The position numbers and the translations under genes were made by a program. A stretch of 63,870 bases of DNA, counting the filler, from Octopus bimaculoides (taxonomy: Eukaryota): assembly GCF_001194135.2 (NCBI RefSeq). It is 7 parts of 7 records of this genome, joined end to end, with 100 filler letters (N's around TTAATTAATTAA, not from the genome) between each part and the next. Parts side by side here need not be neighbours in the genome. Positions count along the whole stretch, not along the records: positions 1 to 15,849 come from NC_068981.1; positions 15,950 to 25,786 come from NC_068986.1; 5 more parts are not named here. One strand, written 5' to 3'. Below the pieces are notes generated by a model. It did no database searches, was not told where the DNA came from, and worked only from the letters and a program-made list of their open reading frames with translations. Shown one piece after another: positions 11,514 to 24,259 of the stretch; the first letter of the stretch is position 1; each line of letters opens with the position of its first letter.

Positions 11514-12911
11514 GTACTATTCTTCAATAATCCTATATTTTATGTATTTTGTTTAGATGACGAACAGTTGTTTTATATTTTTATACCCTGGTTGGATATT
11601 CTTTTTCTTTCTTTCTCTCATGTCCATATTCATCGCTACTTTTTATTCTGATGGTATCATATTCATACTATTTATACAGATAGCAAAGCTTTAGTCACTG
11701 TGCTGTGACTATATTTGTGTAATTTATTTCTTTTGATAACATTCTTTCCACCTCTCCATTCATTCAGGCAGGCAGCATTAACGCTACAAATAAAATACTA
11801 TGTAATGATTACTGCTTCAAGATAAGTTGTCGACTGATTAGATAACATGTTGTATAGACGCGTCAGCAAATGCAAACAAAATTGCAAAACTTCTTTAATA
11901 GCTTTCATATTGACAGATATCTTCGAGAAAAACAAAATGGATAAGAAGTGCGTGCGCGTATGGCTTAAATANNNNNNNNNNNNNNNNNNNNNNNNNNNNN
12001 NNNNNNNNNNNNNNNNNNNNNNNNNNNNNNNNNNNNNNNNNNNNNNNNNNNNNNNNNNNNNNNNNNNNNNNNNNNNNNNNNNNNNNNNNNNNNNNNNNNN
12101 NNNNNNNNNNNNNNNNNNNNNNNNNNNNNNNNNNNNNNNNNNNNNNNNNNNNNNNNNNNNNNNNNNNNNNNNNNNTATAAAGCGAGAGGGGGGATAGAGA
12201 GACACACAGACTGTACGGAGGAAAACAAATAACGAAGAATGAGGTCCAAAGAAAGTGGAATCAAATAAACTAAAATCACAATAGTGTGGACAAATCATAC
12301 ACACGATGGCATATTGTATGACGTAGGTTATTTTAACTTGTAATATCTTTCTTTCCTTTGTTATTTTGCTTCTCAAGATCTCTCTTCCAATCAGTTCACA
12401 CGGGAAAGTGAACAATTTCTATCTTCCTACGCAAAATTGTCAGAATCAAATGCAATATGTTTTATTTTATAATCGTATTCGATGTCTTCGCTGTCAAAAA
12501 TGGATTTTCTACTGTCATTATTTTCGTTGCTTATAAATCTTTACATTTTGTTCTTTGTCTAAAACGGATTTTTATATAATAATTATCTCAAATATGATAT
12601 GACAATGATTTTGTCATTTGAAAAGGAAACTGAAAACTTTGTTATCGATAATATAACACTTTACTAATGCTGGTGACAGAACAAATCTTAACCTTTCTTA
12701 ATAGATACCTGCTATGTATTTCCTTAAATATGCAAATTCAGAAATAATTTCAAGTGTACCTAGTGAAAATAATGGACCTACAGCGCCATTCGGTTTGACA
12801 CGAACCGAATTTTACCCCTGGTAGTCGAATACCTTCTCAGCAGTGCACTATGTGATAAACATTCAGCTTTTCTCCCTAGTTGCAGCTACTATTATTTTTG
12901 AATACATTTAA

Positions 12912-13085
12912 TGCGGCAGGTTGGCTGAATCATAGCACGTCGAACAAAATGCTTAGCGTTATTTTGTCCGCCTTGACATTCCACTTTCAGGGTCGATGAA
13001 ATAACTACTAGTGAAGCACTAAAATCGATGTCGTCAGCTAGCCGCACACTTACATTTCTGGCTATATGCCTATTGTAGAAAGAAT
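12912..13085 (+). mobile_element. Degenerate family-B SINE
   Basis: gcggcaggttggctgaatcatagcacgtcgaacaaaatgcttagcg..cagggtcgatgaaataactactag, with internal deletion. Confidence 0.6.
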
Positions 13086-13243
13086 TAATATTGACAACAG
13101 ATTTGTTCATTATCAGCATTTACTATTTGCATCTCTGGAAACAATGGCAGTGTATGTGTCAAATATTTAAAATTTGTCCTCGTAAATTCTATAATGATTT
13201 CCTCCATCACTTCTTTTTAAGAATATAAAAGAATGCATATTGT

Positions 13244-13650
13244 CACAGGCGTGGCTTTGTGTTAAGAAACTTACTTCTCAACCACATGGTTCCGGGTTCA
13301 GTCTTACTCCGAGGCATCTCGGGCAAGTGTCTTCTACTATTGCCTCGAGTCGATTAACGCCTTGTGACTGGATTTGGTAGACGGAAACTGAAAGAAGCCT
13401 GTCGTGTATATATATATATATACTGTGTCTATCTGTGTATTGATGTATGTGTCTGTGTGCCTTTTGTGCCATTGCTTGACAACCGGTGTTGGCGTGTTAT
13501 CTCCACGTAAGATAGCGTTTCGGCAAAAATACCGATAGAATAAGAACTAAGCTTCGAAAAAGTAGGTCCGTGTGTTCATTTGTTCGACGAAAACCCTTCA
13601 AAGTGATGTCCCATCAAGGCGTAGTCAAATGACTAAGACAAGTAAAAGAT
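13244..13650 (+). mobile_element. Near-full family-A SINE with internal (TA)/(TG) microsatellite
   Basis: tRNA-like head (gtggctttgtgttaag..ggttccgggttcagtc), CORE-like cgggcaagtgtcttctactat, tail ..gactaagacaagtaaaag. Confidence 0.8.
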
Positions 13651-14875
13651 TCCCAACGTATTGTAAAACTTAAACTTACGACACTGGCAGAACATAGGCA
13701 GGAAATTATTTTCAACTCAGTATCCAGTAGTGAGTGCTTGCAACAAGGTGAACTCTGCTACAGGCTACCAAGAGCCAAGCTGTGGTGTTAAACCAAGGCC
13801 TGAGCATATATCACAATGTATTTCATCCAACTCTGCAACAATTTCTTTCCTACACAGCCCTGGAGTAAAACTTCACATCGTCAAACCTGAATCTTTGAAA
13901 TGCAAAGTTAATCTCAGAAACAAATTTTCACGAGGCATTTTGTCTGACGGTCGAAAGATTCTACGGACTTGCTGCCCAGGGACATTATGAAGTCATGAAA
14001 CTTTCCGTTACAGTGCAGTAGGTTAATTACAACTATACCAAAATAGGGCAAGTGCAGTAGCGTTTTGTAGTGTTTTGTTGCATCACTATATTTTCTTAGA
14101 ATGAAAGCCGCCGATGTTGATTAATCTTTCACACTTTGTATTAAAAAAGAAGAATGTTATCTAAACCACACCCCTAAATACTGCTTCTTGATAATGCCGA
14201 TATTAAAAATATTTCATAATTCATATCACAATAGATCACGAAAATTATAATAGCAAAAGCATATTTAATAGTCTTTGTCAATTTTCCGTTAGAATCACAT
14301 TTTTATCCATGGTATGAGGCCAAATAAAATTATAAGGCTTTATATATACATGCATAAATATATACAATTTCCAATGCACAATTTCTATCTTTTTATGGAT
14401 ATCTGTGTTTACTTTCGATATTAACATAGCTATAAACATAACTACATGTTCATTTTTTTTTCTACATAAATTGTAGCATGCCAATGATTGTTGTAACTAT
14501 ATACAGATATACATCGTGTTAAGTTATTGGCTTTTTTAAATATTTTTGCTTTTCCAGCATTTGCTTGCTCTGTTGAGGTTGTTGCAGTAAATTACTGTTG
14601 TCTTTATTTTTGTTGTTGTTGTTGTTGTAAATATTGATATTATTGCTGCTAGTGCTTGCGTTGCTGTAAAATCAACAAAATTGTGTGTAAAAGGCGTTTT
14701 GAAAAGCTATTAGCGTGTGTCTTGGAAAGAAAAATTACCTTCATAGCTCATTAAAATTGAAGATTTAAGAGAAAATTATGAACCGCTCTTAACACGGCTT
14801 AATTTAAGAATTTTTTTTTTCTTCTTTAATCACAAAATTATTCACTCTTTATTGGTGCCATTATACTATGAATAT

Positions 14876-15075
14876 TCTTCTTCTTCTTCTTCTTCTTCTT
14901 CTTCTTCTTCTTCTTCTTCTTCTTCTTCTTCTTTTTCTTCTTCTCGTTCTTCTTCTTCTTCTTCTTCTTCTTCTTCTTCTTCTTCTTCTTCTCGTTCTTC
15001 TTCTTCTTCTTCTTCTTCTTCTTCTTCTTCTTCTTCTTCTTCTTCTTCTTCTTCTTCTTCTTCTTCTTCTTCTTG

Positions 15076-15130
<55 letters not shown>

Positions 15131-15240
15131 CATCATCATTATTATTATCATTATCATTATTATTATTATTAGTGTTAACATCACTAGTATCGTTGTTATC
15201 GTTATCCTTACCTCATCATCATCATCATCATCATCATCAT
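14876..15240. repeat. Compound trinucleotide array (TCT)n-(TAT)n-(CAT)n
   Basis: Read directly; it generates the polyS/polyR/polyL/polyI pseudo-ORFs. Confidence 0.95.
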
Positions 15241-15710
15241 CTACGGCATTATCTGTTGTGTGTTTCACACGTCCGTTTTTTTCTGGTAGTGAAGATTGTA
15301 TGATATATCAATAATACTTAAATGACTGAAAAATAATCGATGACCTGAAGTAGAGAGTGTTGCGAGAGGAGATAAGTGTAAATATAACCAAATGAATATA
15401 GGAAAAACAAGACGTCGGGGAGAAAGCCGGAAAAATATATGGATTGAAAAAGGAAGAATGATGCTCGTGGATTGGGTAAGAAAGTGTCAGGTTATTAACC
15501 ACCTTGTCATATCAATCATTCCTTGTAAATAATAAATGCTATATTACATTAGAATATTTATAGTTTTTACGTATATAGTTATTTAAACTTTGCGCCTGTG
15601 TATTTTACTTCCATTTTCTGTGTGCTGCGTGTTCACTGCACGTATGTTAATGTATGTTAGTTTCTACAAAATTGTCCCTTTTAGATATTTTTTGATGATG
15701 TGTCTTTTGT

Positions 15711-15769
<59 letters not shown>

Positions 15770-15893
15770 GTCTGTCTATCTATCTATCTATCTCTCTATC
15801 TATCTATCTCGAGCCACTACTGCGGAAGCTGGCGACGCTGAGGGGCATCNNNNNNNNNNNNNNNNNNNNNNNNNNNNNNNNNNNNNNNNNNNN

Positions 15894-15905
15894 TTAATTA
15901 ATTAA
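15894..15905. other. Assembly linker TTAATTAATTAA inside a 100-bp gap (also 25831, 46774, 51037, 57674, 61978)
   Basis: All six occurrences have exactly 44 N on each side; the palindromic 12-mer puts stops in all six frames. Confidence 0.95.
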
Positions 15906-16067
15906 NNNNNNNNNNNNNNNNNNNNNNNNNNNNNNNNNNNNNNNNNNNNTATATAATTGATTAAAAAAAACGGAAAATAAAAAGACAACAAGGAAAAAGC
16001 AATAACGCGATGACGTGGTACATGCAAAGTATTAATAAGACGCTCGGAGAAGGAAAGAAATTGTGGT

Positions 16068-16104
16068 TGTTTTACGTTTCGAGCAAAGCTCTTATTCGGA
16101 AACA
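16068..16104 (-). ncRNA. Degenerate hammerhead motif (core mutated)
   Basis: Minus strand TGTTT-CCGAATA-A-GAGC(ttt)GCTC-GAAA-CGTA-AAACA. Stems I and II, GAAA and GUA are intact; the core differs from CUGAnGA at two positions. Confidence 0.55.
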
Positions 16105-16669
16105 GGAGACAGTGGAAAGTCCAAGAGAAAAGGAAGATGGACAGAAAAAAAAATCGACAACAGTCCACGTGTACATAGATATATGTGTGTATGTGTATGC
16201 TTTTGTCATGTATGTATCTACGTATGTATGTAATTTCTTTTACTAAAACTGAGACTGAGAGCTTGTCTTACCACTCGAGTTTTACGCCAATGCGATCTTC
16301 GGGCGAGAACTGAACATTGCAATGGCGTGAAATTTGGGTCGCATTAGTTTCAGTGAAAAAACATATTCTCAACAATATATAGTTGGACGATTAAGAGAAG
16401 AGTGCTAAAATCCTTTTCATTTTAGCTGTTTCATATCTATCAAAACTACTTAAGTTCATTTCCGACAGTAATGATCCTGGAGACGGATGAACACCACAGA
16501 ATCATTCTAAATGATATAGAGTATCTCTGTCAAGTAAAGAAATAAGTCCACAATTTTTAAGATTACGATTCTATTTCCCAAACTTTCTCTATTTTATTCG
16601 TATTCGCTAATTTTTAATGGCTAATTTTTAGTCGCGCCATCTGGAACCGCGGCGAGATGTAAAACGTTT

Positions 16670-17160
16670 CCTGACTTGCTGCTGCTGCTGTGGCTAGTGA
16701 TAGTGGGTGATGGGCGGAATGATGATGATAACGATGTTGACTGGGATGGTGGTAGTGGTGGTGGTGGTGGTGGTGGTTTTGGTGGTGGTCGTCGTCGTCG
16801 TTGTAACGATGGTGATGCCGGTGATGAGGTTGGGGTTGGTGACGATGACGAGGAAAGGGACGATGATGATGATGATGATGATAATGATGATGACGATGTC
16901 GTCGACAACGATTATTCTGGCGGTGATGATGGTGGTAGTGGTGGTGGAGATTATGATGATGATGATGATGATGATGATTATGATATTGACGATAATGTTG
17001 ACGATGACGGGATGATGACGATGATGATGATGATGGGAGAACTGGAAGTGGCGCTGCTGCTGCTGCTGCAGCAGCAAATGATGATGATGATGATGATGAT
17101 GATGACAACGATGATGATGCTGTTAGTGTTACTGTTGGTTGCTCAGATGTTGTTATGAAT
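16670..17160. repeat. Mosaic GAT/GGT/GCT triplet low-complexity tract
   Basis: Degenerate triplet repeats, open in several frames on both strands, with no splice context. Confidence 0.85.
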
Positions 17161-17261
17161 ATTTTTTTTTCTAATTATTGTATTTTTTTCAAGGTCAAAA
17201 AAGATAACCATGAATTCCAAATAAGGATTTCTTCTATTGTTTTCCCAACTTCTCCCTTCCA

Positions 17262-17344
<83 letters not shown>

Positions 17345-17513
17345 AAATGTTCTTTTTATTTCTTCTCCCAAGCGATTTCCCTTCTCTTTCCATCCATTTC
17401 TTTTTGTATCTTCTTCATTTTTTTTCCTTTGCTTTTTCGGGAATTTTCTGTTTATCTGTTCATATCTCGGTCTGTCTGTCACTTTGTTTTCGTATCCCAC
17501 CCTCCTTCATATC

Positions 17514-17590
<77 letters not shown>

Positions 17591-18195
17591 CTTCCGTAAT
17601 TCTCTCTGGCCTCATATATGTGTGTGTATATGTGTGCATGATAGTAAGTGTGTATATATGACATGAAGATGAAAGGAAACGAGTGCCAAGAGGTAAAAAG
17701 AAAGAAACTGTAATGGATTACCTCTCTCTCTCTCTCTCTCTATATNNNNNNNNNNNNNNNNNNNNNNNNNNNNNNNNNNNNNNNNNNNNNNNNNNNNNNN
17801 NNNNNNNNNNNNNNNNNNNNNNNNNNNNNNNNNNNNNNNNNNNNNNNNNNNNNNNNNNNNNNNNNNNNNNNNNNNNNNNNNNNNNNNNNNNNNNNNNNNN
17901 NNNNNNNNNNNNNNNNNNNNNNNNNNNNNNNNNNNNNNNNNNNNNNNNNNNNNNNNNNNNNNNNNNNNNNNNNNNNNNNNNNNNNNNNNNNNNNNNNNNN
18001 NNNTATATATTGGAAAATGGAGTATGGTTGGGTAGTATATATAAAGAGAGACAGAAAGAGAGGTAATATATATATATATATATATATTAATCTGTCTATA
18101 TTTATATATCTATCTCTGTCTATCTACCTACCAGTCTATCTATATCTATTTCTATCTATCTGTATGTGTATTTATATATATATATATATGCATGT

Positions 18196-18239
<44 letters not shown>

Positions 18240-18412
18240 CTGATAGTCTCTCTCATGCCCCTCTTTCTCTCTCTCTCCCTCTTTCTCCTCCTTCTCTCTC
18301 ACACACACTTACACATAGTCTCGCACAAACACACACTACTACCCAACCATACTCCATTTTCCAATATTCTACGCTGATCTCTTAATAAATGCCGAAGTGG
18401 GTGGACAAAACC

Positions 18413-18470
<58 letters not shown>

Positions 18471-20109
18471 ATTGTTTTCTGTGATCCTCTCGAGGGATTT
18501 GAGAAAGGAAGAACAGAAAAGTGTGTTGCAAAGATAGATGGAACAGTGTATAGAATGAAATGGAATGATGAAAAGACAGAAGGAAGATAAAACAAACTAT
18601 AAACAAAGAGAAAGATGTCTGTAATCAGAAGGTTTCAGTTGTCTTAACAAGTGGAAGACATATGTTTAAGTTTTACTGTATCAAACAGACTGAAGCTCAT
18701 ATGGATGCGTGTGTGTGTGTGAGGGGGTGGGTGGGGTTGGTGGAGGTGTGTTGTGTAGCAAAGCATATGCCTTTGTGGATATCTGTCTTTGTGGATATCT
18801 ATCTTTTTATCTCTATAACTATGTATGTGTAATATAATATGTATGTATGTGTGTATGTATTGAAAAGCTGAAAGCAGTGAAAAGCGCTTAACACAACTTG
18901 AAAACTTCCTTCCATAAGCTTTGTGTTATTCTGTTTCTTTTTTAAGTCATCTTATATAATTAACAATTATTTAAAAACGATCTTACTTTAAATATTCTGA
19001 CTGTATCATTTTTTCTAAAGACTAAGTGTGTGTATNNNNNNNNNNNNNNNNNNNNNNNNNNNNNNNNNNNNNNNNNNNNNNNNNNNNNNNNNNNNNNNNN
19101 NNNNNNNNNNNNNNNNNNNNNNNNNNNNNNNNNNNNNNNNNNNNNNNNNNNNNNNNNNNNNNNNNNNNNNNNNNNNNNNNNNNNNNNNNNNNNNNNNNNN
19201 NNNNNNNNNNNNNNNNNNNNNNNNNNNNNNNNNNNNNNNNNNNNNNNNNNNNNNNNNNNNNNNNNNNNNNNNNNNNNNNNNNNNNNNNNNNNNNNNNNNN
19301 NNNNNNNNNNNNNNNNNNNNNNNNNNNNNNNNNNNNNNNNNNNNNNNNNNNNNNNNNNNNNNNNNNNNNNNNNNNNNNNNNNNNNNNNNNNNNNNNNNNN
19401 NNNNNNNNNNNNNNNNNNNNNNNNNNNNNNNNNNNNNNNNNNNNNNNNNNNNNNNNNNNNNNNNNNNNNNNNNNNNNNNNNNNNNNNNNNNNNNNNNNNN
19501 NNNNNNNNNNNNNNNNNNNNNNNNNNNNNNNNNNNNNNNNNNNNNNNNNNNNNNNNNNNNNNNNNNNNNNNNNNNNNNNNNNNNNNNNNNNNNNNNNNNN
19601 NNNNNNNNNNNNNNNNNNNNNNNNNNNNNNNNNNNNNNNNNNNNNNNNNNNNNNNNNNNNNNNNNNNNNNNNNNNNNNNNNNNNNNNNNNNNNNNNNNNN
19701 NNNNNNNNNNNNNNNNNNNNNNNNNNNNNNNNNNNNNNNNNNNNNNNNNNNNNNNNNNNNNNNNNNNNNNNNNNNNNNNNNNNNNNNNNNNNNNNNNNNN
19801 NNNNNNNNNNNNNNNNNNNNNNNNNNNNNNNNNNNNNNNNNNNNNNNNNNNGTGTATATATAACGACGACCACTAAGTGGACAGTTAATTTTTACTGGCT
19901 TGCCCGCATATAGTTTGGTATTTCGCTGAATTTCATTTGAGAACTATTAGGTCTTAGTAGACACATTACATGTGATCTTCTTCTAGCACATATGGTTGTG
20001 ATGCATGTGCCTGATGTACCCTTATCAGACGGGTAGTCATGATGGGTATAATGGGCTTCGTGTATTTTATCCTAGTGTCACTTTGATGGCATGCACCGCT
20101 CTCCCACTC

Positions 20110-20180
<71 letters not shown>

Positions 20181-20236
20181 TAATAATAATAATAATAATA
20201 TACATGTTTTACCTATTTTTTTATGTTTTTCATCAG

Positions 20237-20464
20237 AAGAGACATGTGTCTACAAAAATGAAATTCACACCAAACTGAAGCCATTTCTCAGTAATGACTG
20301 CCAACTATGCATCTGTGATACAAACAATGATATTATATGTCATCCACTGAGGTGTGCACCAGTACCTGAAATTATTAGAATGAAACCAACTCCGATATGT
20401 CCCAATCCTCAAAAACAGAAAAATAAATGCTGTGAGACAATTTACTGCCAAAATCCTTTATCAA
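20237..20464 (+). CDS. Internal exon: VWC (von Willebrand factor type C) domain
   Basis: tttttcatcag|AA..TCA A|gtaagt; 228 nt, phase 1-1; 10 Cys in VWC spacing (CVYK..CQLCIC..C.PLRC..CPNP..CC....C). Confidence 0.88.
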
Positions 20465-20683
20465 GTAAGTAATTGGCCTTCTCTCTCTATCTCTCCATTT
20501 TTCTCCTTTTATATATTGTATTTGATAATATAAAAGACGCATAGACATAACAAACGCACTCCACTTTCAGTAGCGAATGTTTAGGGAAACAGTTTTTGGA
20601 GCATTAAACGTATAAGAATCCTAATATCCCATATAGGACCCGAGTGACTTTTTTTGAGAAAAATTGTGTGAAGGAATGAAGGA

Positions 20684-21002
20684 GCACTCTGTCGGTTAGG
20701 ACGACGAGGGTCCCAGCTGGTACGATCAACGGAACAGCTTGCTCGTGAAATTAACGTGCAAGTGGCTGAGTATTCCACAGACACGTGTACTCTTAACGTA
20801 GTTCCTCTGGGAGATTCAGCGTGACACAGAGTGTAACAGGGTTGGTCCCTTTGAAAATACAGGTACTACTCATTTTTTGCCAGCTGAGTGAACTGGAGCA
20901 ACGTGAAATAGAGTGTCTTGCTCAAGGACACAACGCGTCGCCGGGAATTGAACACACGACCTTACGATCGTGAGCCGAATGCCCTAGCCACTAAACCAGG
21001 CC
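20684..21002 (-). mobile_element. tRNA SINE with CORE-like middle and family-C 3' body
   Basis: Minus strand head ggcctggtttagtggctagggc..gtgttcaattcc, then tgtgtccttgagcaagacact, then the 3' body also seen at 29800-29964. Confidence 0.8.
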
Positions 21003-21633
21003 CAGTCACATATACACACTTACATACATACACATATACATGCATACATACACATATACACACACAGAAATACATACATACATACATACACACTTACATG
21101 CATACACATATACATGCATACATACACAGAAATACATGCATACATACATACATACACACATACATCATTGGGAACTCTGTTTGATGTGCTTTTGCACAAG
21201 AAATCTATAGAGAAATTTTTCTCCAAGCAAAATCCTGCAGCGGATGGCGTTCACGTTTTATTATGCAAGCAAAAGTTATAACATAAACGTTCCTTAGACA
21301 TTTTTAACGATCGACACGTATTGTGAGATCGACTTAACTATAAGCTATTTTACCAGTTTTATTATAAAGAAAGGCAAGGGCTACTTCCACCGGATTTGAA
21401 CTCAGAACGCGAAGAAGCCTAACTAAGCATCCACCGTTCTAAGAAGCTAATGTGTATTTGATTTTGTATAAATTTCTTTGTTTTCTTCGTTTGGTTTTGT
21501 AGATTTTTAAAAATATTTTTGTTTGTTCTTCTTCCCAGTTTAGCCCTCGAATCGTCTTACAATTTATCGATGTGTGTGTGTGGTGGGGTTGTGTGCAACG
21601 GTGGGTTGACTGATTTTTTCTTTATATTTCCAG

Positions 21634-22212
21634 CTAATTCGAATGCCGTATCAAATCTCGCTGCCTATGTAAAAAACCCACGTTCTTTGATCATTAGCTT
21701 TACGCCGCCGTTTTCCGGCCAACTCCGTAAACAGCTCATTGGTTATGAAATACAACACGCAACACAAACCCAGAACGGAACAACAACGATTGTGTGGTCG
21801 ACCGAATTTTTCAATGCGTCTTCAACGAAACAGCAAGCAATATCATCATCCATTGACCGTCTCTTTGAGAAGCAGACGATAAAATATACTGACGTTTTAG
21901 GGCAACATTTCTCCTCGAAAAAGCAACAGCTTTCGCTAAATATATCCACACCAGAAGACGTGTTCGTTCAAGTAAACTACTTACAACCGGGAACAAAATA
22001 TTACATCCGCATACGCGTGCGCATTGACGTGGAAAAAACTCAGAATTACCGGCATAGATTTTTTGAAGAAAATGTTGAAAGCCGAAATATAAATAGCAGA
22101 CGCAATAACGCAATGCCTGTTGAAGAATTAATCTCAGCAGACAAAAAGGAACAAGTGAAGCGGGTGCTGACACCATTCTCGCAGATTATTTCTGTCAGTA
22201 CTCCTGCGAAAG
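21634..22212 (+). CDS. Internal exon: fibronectin type III domain with two long insertions
   Basis: ttctttatatttccag|CT..AAA G|gtatca; 579 nt, phase 1-1, no stops. FN3 hallmarks VSNL..SLIISFTPP..LIGYEIQH, YLQPGTKYYIRIRV, FSQIISVST. The donor is weaker than the other two, so the 3' boundary is less certain. Confidence 0.82.
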
Positions 22213-22337
22213 GTATCATCGGTTCAGCTGCTAATATTATTTCGATTACACTAACATCTCCACCAAAATCACCACCTCCTCTAACACAATTCTCTATTCA
22301 TCTATCGTCTTAAATTTACCTCGACTACTTACGCACT

Positions 22338-22377
<40 letters not shown>

Positions 22378-22430
22378 TGCAGATATATACGTGTGTGTAT
22401 ATATATATATATATATGTGTGTGTGCATAT

Positions 22431-22543
22431 ATGGGTTCAGTCCCACTGCGTGGTACCTTGGGCAAGTGTTTTCTACTGTAGCCTCGGGCCGACCAAAGCT
22501 TTGTGAGTGGATTTGGTAGACGGAAACTGAAAGAAGCCTGTCG

Positions 22544-22593
<50 letters not shown>

Positions 22594-22791
22594 TGTGTGT
22601 GTTTTTGTGTGTCTTGACAACCGATGCTGGTATGTTTACGTCCCCGTAACTTAGCGGTTCGGCAAAAGAGACCGATTGAATAAGTTCTAGGCTTACAAAG
22701 AATAAGTCCTGGGGTCGATTTGCTCAACTAAAGGCGGTGCTCCATCATGGCCACAGTCAAATGACTGAAACAAGTAAAAGAGAAAAAGAGT
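22431..22791 (+). mobile_element. Family-A SINE (5'-clipped), close to the family consensus
   Basis: gggttcagtcccactgcgtggtaccttgggcaagtg..(TA)(TG)n..ccatcatggccacagtcaaatgactgaaacaagtaaaagag. Confidence 0.85.
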
Positions 22792-23062
22792 AATTCAACT
22801 GCAAGTATTCAAATCTGCTCTCGTTTTCTACCACGCTCACATTTTCCCGCTGCATTCGTTGAACTGCAGATATTTATGTCGGACTTTTTATATATCGATC
22901 TTATCTGCCTTGGAGAGCTTCAAATGTCTTAGGGCAAATGTCCATGGCTAAGATATTAAAAAAAAAATTGGGGCTGAATTTAATAAATGTTGTATGTCGC
23001 CATTGCATAAATGCCTTTCTTTGTTTTGTTCTTGCTTTCCTTAGTTCAGCTTTATTTTCCAG

Positions 23063-23275
23063 GATTGGGTTGCTACACGGACACTCAATGGTTATCTGAG
23101 GGTGAGACGTTTAATCGATCATGCAGTGAGACGTGCACGTGTAAAAATGGAGACGTTGTGTGCAAATATATCTGCCCACCACTAAAGATTGTATATCCAA
23201 CGGACACTTGTCCGAATCCGCGAATTGAAACTGTTGCCGGTGTCTGCTGTCCGCAACGGAAGTGCAATCACACAA
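23063..23275 (+). CDS. Internal exon: VWC domain
   Basis: tttattttccag|GA..ACA A|gtaagt; 213 nt, phase 1-1; 10 Cys (CYT..GETF..CSETCTCKNGDVVC.YIC..CPNP..CC....C). Confidence 0.9.
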
Positions 23276-23422
23276 GTAAGTGACTACCTGACGTTTCTTC
23301 AGTTCTTTTATGCTGAATTCAAATTTAGCCAAAGTCGTATTTGCCTTCTATCATTTCAGAGACGATAAAATAAGTACCAGTATATACGTATATGTGAGGT
23401 GGGATGAGCGAAAGAGAGAGAG

Positions 23423-23493
<71 letters not shown>

Positions 23494-24259
23494 ATATATT
23501 GGTGTATCAATAAACAGTTACGAAATCCTGTCAAGAAGATATTAGATTAATTGAAAAAATATTTGATGATGATCGCCATCATGATCATGATCATGATGGC
23601 GATGACAACGATGACGTCGATGACAATGACGACGACGACGGTGATGATGGTGATGATGACACGACGACGATAATGACGTTGGTAAGGACGATGACGATGA
23701 TGACGATGATGATGCTGACAAAGATGATGACAAAGATGATGTTTGCTGAGTTATCACTGTATTCATTCTTATGACTAAACAATGGCGTCTAACAATAGAT
23801 ACTAAACATCGCCTCATTTCAATTGTCTTCGTTTGCCTGTATCTCGACACACAGTATTACATTCTATGACACACAACACATATACATCCACCACGGACAC
23901 ACATAATAACACACATGCACAACAGACACACAAACACATACATATACATACATACACACAAACATACACACACACATACAAAGAAACCCACAAATATCCA
24001 TCGTATTTGGGTGCATCTGACCTCATAGACATATTCCTTGCTAACTGAGGTTCCTAATTACCAATGCTATTTAAATGCACATATTCACTATACAAGACAA
24101 TTTCATATGAATTATTGCTGTTATTACTCATACATACAGTGTCAAGAAAGAGTAACATGCATTTGGCTTGAGTTTGCATTTGCTCGAAGACAATTGAAGA
24201 TTAGCTCCCTTGTTACTCCTCGAAAGTGTGAACCCGTGAATCATCATCAGCAGCATCGT

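Noticed and set aside
12742-12900. PTAPFGLT..W..HYVI as the start of an FN3 exon
   Set aside because: Poor acceptor, in-frame stop, strand spacing about 6 residues too short.
13700-13950. Minus-strand KEIVAELDEIHCD as a mariner N-terminus
   Set aside because: Needs several frameshifts; no TIR found.
16676-17158. Asp/Gly-rich 160-aa ORF as an acidic matrix protein
   Set aside because: Degenerate triplet repeat open in several frames on both strands; no splice or signal context; similar tracts at 23560, 36800, 41080 and 52130.
18515-18590. KCVAKIDGTVYRMKW as a VWC start
   Set aside because: No downstream Cys pattern in any frame.
23285-23305. Minus-strand CTGAAGAAACGTCAG as a hammerhead
   Set aside because: No stem II or stem I; probably chance.
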